Shown here: one piece after another, positions 26,528 through 33,927 of the stretch
How positions within the stretch are numbered: the stretch's first letter is position 1
Layout of the letters: each line of letters opens with the position of its first letter
From: a virus
Virus record (IMG/VR): IMGVR_UViG_3300027997_000002
DNA: 64,000 bases
Reading direction: 5' to 3' (one strand)
The notes under the pieces: generated by a model
The model's input: the letters and a program-made list of their open reading frames with translations, nothing else
What the model was told of the DNA's origin: nothing
Databases searched by the model: none
Translations under genes and position numbers: made by a program

Positions 26528-26770
26528 CTAGCTGGCCTTGCGTCGACGACGTTGCGGCGGGTCAGCGACGGCCACGGGGGCAGGAGGGTTCAGGCCTTCG
26601 GCGCGTGTGGCCAGCGTGAGCGTGAGCGTGGAGGGAGGCTCGGGGCTCTCGAACGCGGTCCGTTTCACGTACAGCGTCCCCACCAGCCAGTCGGCGCGAT
26701 CGCCTTGCTCCTTGTAGCGGTGCGTCCCCTTGGTGCTTTTCTCGTAGTCGAATGTGATCGTGGCGTTCAT
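26528..26770 (-). CDS. Small beta-hairpin (AbrB-like?) protein, first gene of leftward early operon
   Basis: ITFDYEKSTKGTHRYKE...VGTLYVKR; preceded by GAAGGATGGA at 26777-26786. Confidence 0.6.
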   Translation of the reverse strand: MNATITFDYEKSTKGTHRYKEQGDRADWLVGTLYVKRTAFESPEPPSTLTLTLATRAEGLNPPAPVAVADPPQRRRRKAS

Positions 26771-26822
26771 GGCCTGTCCATCCTTCGGGGCGGTTCTGCC
26801 GCCCGTCCAGACGCTACCACGA

Positions 26823-27103
26823 TCTCGCCCCCAGGGGGGCCCTTTCTCGCCCTGGCCAGCGTGGGGGCGAGAATCCTCACGCCAGGGCGAGAATCCCGCA
26901 GCGTGGCCTGAGAGCCAACACGCGCCCCGCTGAGCGGTTTTTCTCGCCCTGGTATAACGGTGCGTCCAGGGCGAGAAAACCCCACCTGAGGGATCCGGCC
27001 CCCCAGCGTGGGCTATCTCGCCCTGTACGGCCAGCGCGATCGCGTTCTCGCCCCGGGGGCCCCATAGCGTCCAGAATCTCGCCCTTTTGTTTTCTCGCCC
27101 TGG
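26823..27103. repeat. Array of 10 TCTCGCCC octamers in a divergent intergenic region, including a perfect 14-bp inverted repeat
   Basis: Forward at 26823, 26845, 26942, 27016, 27046, 27077, 27093; reverse at 26865, 26885, 26969; IR 26939-52/26966-79 around TATAAC. Confidence 0.9.
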
Positions 27104-27158
27104 GGCTGGTAGCTTGAGCGTGGGGCCGGTTTCGCCGGCTCCAGAAGGATGGACCCTC

Positions 27159-27884
27159 ATGCCAGGATACGTGCTCTACCGCGGACCGTCGTTGCTGGAC
27201 GGTTCGCCGATCGTGGCCATCGCCACGACGGACAGTCGCAACCGGAAGACCGGCGACATGATTCAAGTGTGGATCCTGCCGGCCGACATGTCCCCCGTCG
27301 AAGCCGTACACGCCGGGCTCGACGACAGCGTCTGCGGCGATTGCTCGCTTCGCGGCACCACGCAGGACGGCAGCAACGTCGGCCGCACCTGCTACGTGCG
27401 AGTCTTCCATGGACCGCTCAGCGTCTACAAGGCATGGCGGCGCGGCCGGTACCCCGAGCCCGCGCTGCACTGGCTGGCTGACCTTGCGTCCGGTCGACAC
27501 GTGAGGCTCGGCGCCTACGGCGATCCGGCCGCGGTACCCCGCGCCGTGTGGGAGCGTCTGCTCACCTACGCGGCGGGCTGGACCGGCTACACGCACCAAT
27601 GGCGGACCGGGCTCGCGATGGCCGATCTGTGCATGGCCAGCGTGGAGACGGACAGCGACGCCGCCGAGGCTCGCGCCCTGGGCTACCGGGTGTTTCACGT
27701 CACGCAAGGCGCCGAGCCTCGGCGCGAGGGGTACATGGTCTGCCCGGCCAGCGACGAGGCGGGCCACCGCCTGCAGTGCGACGAGTGTGGAGCGTGCGCC
27801 GGCACCAGCGCCGCCGCTCGGTCCAACGTCCAGATCGCGGCCCATGGCAGCGGCAGGGTCCACCTGCAGGTGGTGGCGGCGTGA
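27159..27884 (+). CDS. Conserved Cys-rich phage protein (GP88-like), first gene of rightward early operon
   Basis: NRKTGDMIQ, CGDCSLR...CY, RLGAYGDPAA, GYTHQW, CPAS...CDECGAC; preceded by GAAGGATGGA at 27144-27153. Confidence 0.7.
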   Translation: MPGYVLYRGPSLLDGSPIVAIATTDSRNRKTGDMIQVWILPADMSPVEAVHAGLDDSVCGDCSLRGTTQDGSNVGRTCYVRVFHGPLSVYKAWRRGRYPEPALHWLADLASGRHVRLGAYGDPAAVPRAVWERLLTYAAGWTGYTHQWRTGLAMADLCMASVETDSDAAEARALGYRVFHVTQGAEPRREGYMVCPASDEAGHRLQCDECGACAGTSAAARSNVQIAAHGSGRVHLQVVAA

Positions 27885-28111
27885 CCCGGGCACAGGTGGC
27901 AACGCTCGCCCAGACGCTGGGCGCCGCCGGCGTCGTGGTGACGTCGGCCGTGCTGTCGGAGCGTGGCGACGTGATCGAGGTAGTCCAGCCGGAGCGCTCG
28001 TCGCTGCGTTGGGACTTCACCGGAACCGGTGACCCGGTTCGCAAGCGAACGCCCAAGCGACTGGCCGCGCTCGTGCGGCAGGTGATGGACGCATCGGCGG
28101 TGGCAGCATGA
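27881..28111 (+). CDS. Hypothetical protein
   Basis: GTGA overlap. Confidence 0.5.
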   Translation: MTRAQVATLAQTLGAAGVVVTSAVLSERGDVIEVVQPERSSLRWDFTGTGDPVRKRTPKRLAALVRQVMDASAVAA

Positions 28112-28314
28112 ACGGCGCACGCTACCTCACCCCAGAAGAGCAGGCGTTCGCGGTCTGGTTGCTCGACCGCGCGCCGCTCGTGCTCCACGTGATGGCCAGG
28201 GCGCTCGCCCATTGGCCTGTACCCAATGACAAGGCAAAGCAGCAAGAACGCCGCGATCTCAACTATGCTCAAGCGTGGCTCCGTGACCACGCAGCGAAGG
28301 ATGACGAAGGATGA
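28108..28314 (+). CDS. Hypothetical protein
   Basis: ATGA overlaps. Confidence 0.55.
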   Translation: MNGARYLTPEEQAFAVWLLDRAPLVLHVMARALAHWPVPNDKAKQQERRDLNYAQAWLRDHAAKDDEG

Positions 28315-28943
28315 CGACAGCGACCCACCTATGCCGCGAGTGCGGCGTCATGCGTCCCCACCACCAATGCGAGACCGGCGAGGCCGGTTGCCTGCACTGC
28401 GACGAGTGCAGCAACATGCTCTACCCTGACGGCCCCCCGGCCGACGTGGGCTGCCCCAACTGCGGCGGTGACGTCGACGCTAACGGGCGCTGCCAACAGT
28501 CCTGCGAACCGTTCCGCGCCGAGGCTGACTTTTGGTGCCGCGGGTGCCAGGAGGTGACCGACCACACGCACGCCGACTACACCGGGACCGGCGAGCCCCG
28601 GTTCCAATGCGAGCAGTGCGGACGCTGGCTGGAACCCTGCGACGACTGCGGCAGCGAACCATGCCCGCGCCACGACGAGGCGCCGCGCATCCGGGCCGCG
28701 TTCGCGGCGGCCGGCTTCCACGTCGAGGACACCGGCGGCGGAGCGCAGGCGTTCGCTCGCACCGACGGCGACAAGCAGACGCTGGTCACGCTCCACGACG
28801 ACGCCCGGCTACCAACGCGGTTCGACGAAGCGGTGTTCGCTGGCATCTACGTCGCCGACCCGGAGGAGCCCTGGTGCTTCGACGAGCAGGTCGACTGCGA
28901 CGGCTACGAGAGCGTCACTAGCTACCTGGCGCGCTGGCTGTGA
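28311..28943 (+). CDS. Multi-Zn-ribbon protein
   Basis: Seven CxxC-type pairs in the N-terminal half. Confidence 0.6.
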   Translation: MTTATHLCRECGVMRPHHQCETGEAGCLHCDECSNMLYPDGPPADVGCPNCGGDVDANGRCQQSCEPFRAEADFWCRGCQEVTDHTHADYTGTGEPRFQCEQCGRWLEPCDDCGSEPCPRHDEAPRIRAAFAAAGFHVEDTGGGAQAFARTDGDKQTLVTLHDDARLPTRFDEAVFAGIYVADPEEPWCFDEQVDCDGYESVTSYLARWL

Positions 28944-28986
28944 CGTCGCGGTGCCTACGGCTCGGGAGCCCAGCTCGCGCGCCGTG

Positions 28987-29014
28987 GGCAGCATGACGCT
29001 GCAAGAAGGATGGA
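28987..29014 (+). promoter_or_regulatory. Conserved leader module, copy 3
   Basis: GGCAGCATGACGCTGCAAGAAGGATGGA six nt before ATG 29021. Confidence 0.75.
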
Positions 29015-29020
29015 CAGGCA

Positions 29021-29371
29021 ATGACCGGACACAGATGGCACCACGGGCCCGAGCTTCGCAGGACCCACCACTCCCTCGGCATGGACGACAAGAAGGGCCG
29101 CGCGATCGGTGCGATCGTCGTCGTGCGCATTGTAACGGTCGTCGAGAGCGGGGGCTACCGCAACCGCGAGGCGGACGCTCTGCCCATTGGCACGGAGTCG
29201 GTCAGCGTCTGCATCACGGCCGCGCGCCGCGGCCTGCCGTTCGGAGCCTCTCAGAACTCGAAGCGCATTGGCCCCCCGGGTGCCGCGACGGACGCCAAGG
29301 TCAAGGCGGAGATCGAGCGCCGCATCGCGTCCATGACCACGCGCTACCGCAAGCAGTTCGGAGGTGCGTGA
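29021..29371 (+). CDS. Hypothetical beta-sheet protein
   Basis: Follows leader module. Confidence 0.6.
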   Translation: MTGHRWHHGPELRRTHHSLGMDDKKGRAIGAIVVVRIVTVVESGGYRNREADALPIGTESVSVCITAARRGLPFGASQNSKRIGPPGAATDAKVKAEIERRIASMTTRYRKQFGGA

Positions 29372-29604
29372 TGGCGACCCCCGAACATCCCGAGTGGGTG
29401 CGCGAGCCCATCACGATAACCGACGCGGACTACCGAGCCGCCCGCAATGGCAACCTGGGCCTGTGCCTGGAGTGCGGCGCCGAGCGTGGCGGCTGCGAGC
29501 CAGACGCGCGACGCTACTACTGCGAAGCGTGTGAAGGCTCCGCGGTCTACGGCATCGAGGAGCTGCTCATGATGAACCTGCTCAACATCGTGGAGGAGGC
29601 CTGA
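29371..29604 (+). CDS. Small Zn-ribbon phage protein
   Basis: GLCLECG...EPDARRYYCEACE...VYGIEELL. Confidence 0.65.
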   Translation: MATPEHPEWVREPITITDADYRAARNGNLGLCLECGAERGGCEPDARRYYCEACEGSAVYGIEELLMMNLLNIVEEA

Positions 29605-29607
29605 GCC

Positions 29608-29967
29608 ATGAAAGCCAACCTCAACCGCATGATCTTCGAGTTGGAGGGCGCTCTCACACTGGCGCGCCAGCTCCCGACCGACCTCGACCACAAGGAGCTG
29701 ACCGACGCTCGCATGGCCGTGATCGGCCAGCGTCTCAACCGGGCCACCAAGGGCTACAACGCGCTCGGCGAGGAGCTGGACGACCGCGTCAATGCCCTCG
29801 ACCCACCAGTGGCACCGGTGGACGCGGACGCCTGGCGCGAGGGCGACGTCAACTGCCCGGGCTGCGATTCGAACGAACCGCTGGTGACCGAGACGCTCTA
29901 CGGTGGCCGCATGACGCAGCTGCGTTGCAGCAACTGCGGCCATGCGGGGGAAGAGGGCTCATGCTGA
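29608..29967 (+). CDS. Coiled coil + Zn ribbon protein
   Basis: CPGC...CSNC. Confidence 0.55.
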   Translation: MKANLNRMIFELEGALTLARQLPTDLDHKELTDARMAVIGQRLNRATKGYNALGEELDDRVNALDPPVAPVDADAWREGDVNCPGCDSNEPLVTETLYGGRMTQLRCSNCGHAGEEGSC

Positions 29968-30740
29968 CCCCAGTCTGCCAACGATGGCGCGCGGGCCGAG
30001 ACAGCTACCGGCCGGCGCGCGAGACCATCCGCACCGCGGACTACGAGGTCGCACGCATCGACACCGACCGCGTGGCCAAGTCGTTCGTGCTCGCGCATCA
30101 CTATAGTGGGACGTACCCGGCGTCGCGCTTCCGCTTCGGGCTCTACCAGCGCGAGCTGGTCGGCGTCGCCGTCTTCGCCGTGCCTGCGCAGCCCCGATGC
30201 CTCGACGTGCTCCCGGGCGACCGCATGACGGGCGTCGTGCTCGGGCGCTTCGTCCTCGTCGACCAGGTCCCCGCCAACGGCGAGTCCTGGTTCATCGCGC
30301 GCTGCTTCGAGCTGCTTCGCGACGCTGGCATCACCGGCGTTGTCTCGTTCTCCGATCCAGCCAGGCGCACGTCCGCATCGGGCGACGTCGTGTTCGGTGG
30401 TCACGTAGGGACCATCTACCAGGCCACCAACGCGCGGTACCTCGGGACCTCCAAGGCCGAGCGTCGCTGGCTGCTACCGGACGGACGCGTGCTCGACCCA
30501 CGTGCGCTGTCGAAGATCCGCCGGCGCGACCAGGGCTGGCGGTACGCTGCGGCCCAGCTCGAAGCGTTCGGCGCGAGGCCCTTACGCAAGCAGGAGCCGC
30601 GAGCGTGGCTCGACCGCTGGCTCGAGCGCTTGTGCCGACCGCTGCGTCACCCGGGCAATCACAAGTACGCGTGGGCCCTGCAGCGTCGCGACCGACGGCA
30701 TCTGCCGGCGAGCCTCCCGTACCCGAAGGTGGTGGGCTGA
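29961..30740 (+). CDS. mom: Mom-family adenine modification (GNAT-like) enzyme
   Basis: HHYSG, LGRFVLVDQVPANGESWF, VVSFSDP, GHVGTIYQATNARYLG. Confidence 0.85.
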   Translation: MLTPVCQRWRAGRDSYRPARETIRTADYEVARIDTDRVAKSFVLAHHYSGTYPASRFRFGLYQRELVGVAVFAVPAQPRCLDVLPGDRMTGVVLGRFVLVDQVPANGESWFIARCFELLRDAGITGVVSFSDPARRTSASGDVVFGGHVGTIYQATNARYLGTSKAERRWLLPDGRVLDPRALSKIRRRDQGWRYAAAQLEAFGARPLRKQEPRAWLDRWLERLCRPLRHPGNHKYAWALQRRDRRHLPASLPYPKVVG

Positions 30741-30970
30741 TGGCCGCGAGTAGACTCCCCGCACCCGGCACCGACCTGGGCCCATGCCTGCCGTCGTGCA
30801 AGCACACCGACTGCGCAGCGACCCGTATGATGGCCGCGGACCGCTGCACCTACTGCAAGCAGGAGATCGGTTACGATCGACGCTTCTACGAGATCCCACC
30901 GTCGGTGCTCGTCCACGCGAGCTGCCACGAGGCGGCCATCCTCGCGAAGCTTGAGGAGCTGATCGGCTGA
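30740..30970 (+). CDS. Small Zn-finger protein
   Basis: C...CKHTDC, CTYC, HASC. Confidence 0.55.
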   Translation: MAASRLPAPGTDLGPCLPSCKHTDCAATRMMAADRCTYCKQEIGYDRRFYEIPPSVLVHASCHEAAILAKLEELIG

Positions 30971-31311
30971 TGGGACAGCGCACCGAGACCGCGGCCGAGT
31001 TCGAAGGCATCGAGGCGAGCAACCGAGCCGAGTTCAACCGCTTCCGCAAGCGCAGGATCCTCATGCGCTCGTCGCTCCTGTGGAAAGGCCAGCGCCACTA
31101 CGTGGTCGAGCGTGCCGACGACGGGTGGTGGCGCGTGCGACGGATCCGGAGGCACAGGAGCGAGACCCGACGCTGGCTGTCTCGGTACATCTGCAACGCA
31201 ACCGAAGACCAGTTGGACGCGCGCCAGACTGGCGACAATCTGGGCTGGTACGAGCGTCGAGAGGATGCGCTCGCCCGGCTCGAACCCAAACCCAAAAGGA
31301 GAAAACGATGA
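30970..31311 (+). CDS. Basic hypothetical protein
   Basis: TGATG coupling. Confidence 0.55.
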   Translation: MGQRTETAAEFEGIEASNRAEFNRFRKRRILMRSSLLWKGQRHYVVERADDGWWRVRRIRRHRSETRRWLSRYICNATEDQLDARQTGDNLGWYERREDALARLEPKPKRRKR

Positions 31312-31622
31312 AGCTCAAAGACCTCAAGTCCATCACCGACCTCGAACGCGAGCGCACGATCATGAAGCAGTCGCTCGATGATCTCAAGCTGATGACCAAC
31401 GAGGCGACCACCCACAAGGTCATCGGGGTGCGCTGCGAGTTCATCCGCGCCAACCATGGCGAAACCGTCGTCAAGATCGTCAACTTTTGGCCCATCCGTG
31501 CGGTCGCGGTCGAGCTGATTCATGTCCAGCTTGGGCGCATCGAGGGCAAGCTGCGCGAGCTGGGCGTCGAGCTCGACGATGAGGACGAGGGCAGCCTCTA
31601 TGCGGTGGAGACCGAGCAATGA
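31308..31622 (+). CDS. Coiled-coil hypothetical protein
   Basis: RBS AGGAG; ATGA overlap. Confidence 0.55.
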   Translation: MKLKDLKSITDLERERTIMKQSLDDLKLMTNEATTHKVIGVRCEFIRANHGETVVKIVNFWPIRAVAVELIHVQLGRIEGKLRELGVELDDEDEGSLYAVETEQ

Positions 31623-31951
31623 GCTTCAAGCAACCCATGCTCCGCGACGAGACCCAACGCTACGTCGCCGCGACCATCGAGGCCCTCGGCGTCGACGAGC
31701 GCACGGTGCTCAAAGAGTGGCTCCGGGGTGAGAGCCTCGCGTCGTGCCCACGCTGGCTCGAGTCCTACCTGGGCGAGTTGGCGTGGGACAACCAGATGCT
31801 GCGCAACGGTCTGCGGGCCGGGATCATCGTCGTGCGTCAGATGTTGAATCAAATCCCGGCTGGGCCTCAACTGGGCGACGACCTCATCGGCCAGGCCAAG
31901 CTTTGGGTCAACTACGCAGCCGGCCTCGGCGAAAGGAAGCGACCGAAATGA
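31619..31951 (+). CDS. Hypothetical protein
   Basis: ATGA overlaps. Confidence 0.55.
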   Translation: MSFKQPMLRDETQRYVAATIEALGVDERTVLKEWLRGESLASCPRWLESYLGELAWDNQMLRNGLRAGIIVVRQMLNQIPAGPQLGDDLIGQAKLWVNYAAGLGERKRPK

Positions 31952-32160
31952 ACAAGATCATCAACACCACCAACTACCGTTCGCAGGAGCTTGCGATCGA
32001 ATGGCTGCGCAAGAACGGCGGCCGCGCCAAGATCTCTGGCGGCCAGGTCGCGCTCGCACGTGCGCTCGCTCGCAAGGGTCTCGCCCGGCTCGTGCGTGCG
32101 CGAGCGCCCGACAACGGCTATATCGTCGAGCTGACCGAGGAGGGGAGGCGCAGCGGCTAA
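31948..32160 (+). CDS. Small winged-helix-like protein
   Basis: ALARALARKGLARL...VELTEEGR. Confidence 0.6.
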   Translation: MNKIINTTNYRSQELAIEWLRKNGGRAKISGGQVALARALARKGLARLVRARAPDNGYIVELTEEGRRSG

Positions 32161-32168
32161 CTTCACAT

Positions 32169-32251
32169 GCCCACTTGGACTCTGCGATGCGGGCCCTTCC
32201 ATCCTTCGGGCCCGCGACAATGATGCGGCGGTTCGACTCCGTCGGTGGGCA
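32169..32251 (+). ncRNA. tRNA-like structured RNA lacking a D-stem, with an 11-nt antisense-type loop
   Basis: Acceptor GCCCACT/GGTGGGC+A, canonical T-arm GGCGG-TTCGACT-CCGTC, central 8-bp stem GCGGGCCC/GGGCCCGC with loop TTCCATCCTTC; intergenic. Confidence 0.8.
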
Positions 32252-32282
32252 CTGCCCGATGAGGGCTGAAGGAGAAACCGAA

Positions 32283-32708
32283 ATGACGAGCCCATTTGCA
32301 GTGTCCCGCGGGCTGACGCTTTGGCAGCCGATGGCGTGGGCGATCTCGGACCTCGACAAGCGCATCGAGAACCGGCCGTGGAAGCCGTGGTCCGTCGCCA
32401 AGCGGATCGCGATCCATGCCGGCAAGACGTACAACCAAGACCACGCGATACAGATCGCGCGCCACTTCAAGGTCGTGGTCCCATCGGTGAAGCGGATCCC
32501 GCTCGGTGCCATCGTGGCGGTCGCGGACATCGTCGGCTGCGTCACCGAAAGCGACGACCCGTGGTTCTCGGGCCCCTACGGCTGGCAGCTCGAAAACGTC
32601 GTCAAGCTGCCGGAGCCCATTGCGTGCGGCGGGGCGCAGGGCCTTTGGCGCCTTACGCCTGGCGTGCAACTTCAAGTCCAGGAACAGATGAGGCAGGCGC
32701 TGCTATGA
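32283..32708 (+). CDS. ASCH-domain (PUA-like) protein
   Basis: LTLWQPMAWAI...KRIENRPW...IAIHAG...GAIVAVAD...GAQGLW. Confidence 0.85.
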   Translation: MTSPFAVSRGLTLWQPMAWAISDLDKRIENRPWKPWSVAKRIAIHAGKTYNQDHAIQIARHFKVVVPSVKRIPLGAIVAVADIVGCVTESDDPWFSGPYGWQLENVVKLPEPIACGGAQGLWRLTPGVQLQVQEQMRQALL

Positions 32709-33046
32709 ACGAAGTACGCAAGCTCGCCATCGAGCGCGCGGAGTCGTTGCTCCGACGCGTGCGCACCGGGGAGATCACCGGCTTCGCCGTCTGTGCCATC
32801 CAGGCCGACGGCGGCTCGGCGTTGCTCCACGCTGGCCTCTTCGAGGTCCCGACAATGGTGGGCCTCCTCGAAGCCAAGAAGCTCCAGATCATGCAGGCAT
32901 TCATGCCGCACTTCGCAGACCACCACGCCGGCCACCAGATCCGTCCGGTGCCTGATTCCGAGACCGGGGGGTCTCCGTGGACCTGCAACATCTGCGGCGT
33001 CAAGTTCATCCGACCCGAAGACCTGGAAGGGCACACCTGCCAATGA
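32705..33046 (+). CDS. Hypothetical protein with C-terminal Zn finger
   Basis: CNICG...HTC. Confidence 0.55.
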   Translation: MNEVRKLAIERAESLLRRVRTGEITGFAVCAIQADGGSALLHAGLFEVPTMVGLLEAKKLQIMQAFMPHFADHHAGHQIRPVPDSETGGSPWTCNICGVKFIRPEDLEGHTCQ

Positions 33047-33372
33047 GCAACGAGCAAAAATACGGACCGCTGCCGCCGCCGCCGCGAGCTGCGAGCCAGG
33101 ACAAGTCGAGGGAGATCCTTCGGCTTTGGCGAAACGAAGAGGACGGACTCGAGGTCGTGATACGCGCCGCCATCTTCGAGGACCCGTTTTGCTGGGGCAT
33201 CGCACTCGTCGACATTGCGCATCACGTTGCCACGTTCGCGGTCAAGCACGGCCTGAGCGTGGACGGTGTCCTCATCACGAAGGATCAGGTGCTCGAACGA
33301 GTGCGCGAGGGCTTCGACGCGGAGTGGGACGACCCGACGGACGAGGCCAAGGAGTGGGAGCCGGACGCATGA
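33043..33372 (+). CDS. DUF5076-like protein
   Basis: EILRLW...WGIALVDIAHHVA...RVREGFDAEWDDPTD. Confidence 0.7.
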   Translation: MSNEQKYGPLPPPPRAASQDKSREILRLWRNEEDGLEVVIRAAIFEDPFCWGIALVDIAHHVATFAVKHGLSVDGVLITKDQVLERVREGFDAEWDDPTDEAKEWEPDA

Positions 33373-33692
33373 GCAACGAGACCACAGAACTCCTCGCCGG
33401 ATACCCCGGCGTCCCCGAGGTCGAGAACGCGGCGCCGGAGCCGACCAAGCCCGTCGAGATCATGCGCTGGCGGATGACCTCCCACAGGGCCGGCTGGGAC
33501 TCCGGTGCGGCCACCTTCGCCGGCGTCCTGCTGCAGCAGCTCGCGGACGACGCTGCCGCGCTCGAAACCGGCCCGGGTCGCGACGCATTGGTGGCAGCTG
33601 CGTGGGGCTTCTACGAGAAGTGCCTGCGCAGGCTCGGCGCCGACTTCGAGCTCGAGCTCGCGCACCGCGGCGTCGACCTCACCAAGCTGTGA
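33369..33692 (+). CDS. Hypothetical helical protein
   Basis: ATGA overlap. Confidence 0.55.
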   Translation: MSNETTELLAGYPGVPEVENAAPEPTKPVEIMRWRMTSHRAGWDSGAATFAGVLLQQLADDAAALETGPGRDALVAAAWGFYEKCLRRLGADFELELAHRGVDLTKL

Positions 33693-33728
33693 ACAACCTG
33701 GGGACAGCGTGGGGAAAAGTCGAAAAAC

Positions 33729-33897
33729 TTGACAGGGCCATGCGCACCGTGGTCTCTAGGTCGTCCGTGGATCACGACCGCATAGTTTCCTCGGTCTTTG
33801 TCGTGATCGGCTGAGGAGAGCCCCTGAACGGGCGGGCCCCGCCGTTCACATGACAGGGCATACGGTTTCCGGCACACACGGGTCGTCCGGAACCTAG
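33729..33897 (+). promoter_or_regulatory. Primase promoter/leader: TTGACA, hairpins and a 15-codon uORF
   Basis: TTGACA 33729-34; GGCT-GAGGAG-AGCC; hairpin 33825-33848; ATG 33850...TAG 33897. Confidence 0.4.
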
Positions 33898-33927
33898 GGG
33901 CCCGCTTTTCCCTCGCGCCTCCCGCTC

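Noticed and set aside
26823-27103. CRISPR array
   Set aside because: Repeats are only 8-14 bp, in both orientations, with irregular short spacers and no cas genes.
32166-32207. Reading the loop as a sixth minus-strand RBS motif
   Set aside because: The next minus-strand ATG (32168) is ~30 nt away and is followed immediately by TGA, so there is no gene to serve.
32220-32229. Second antisense seed (TGATGCGGC versus leader GCAGCATGA)
   Set aside because: Only 7 of 9 pairs with two internal mismatches; the order is compatible, but the match is too weak to claim.
32169-32251. Calling the element a canonical tRNA or a tmRNA
   Set aside because: No D-stem, 11-nt non-canonical loop, no CCA; C3-G70 rather than the G3-U70 alanine identity, and no tag reading frame.
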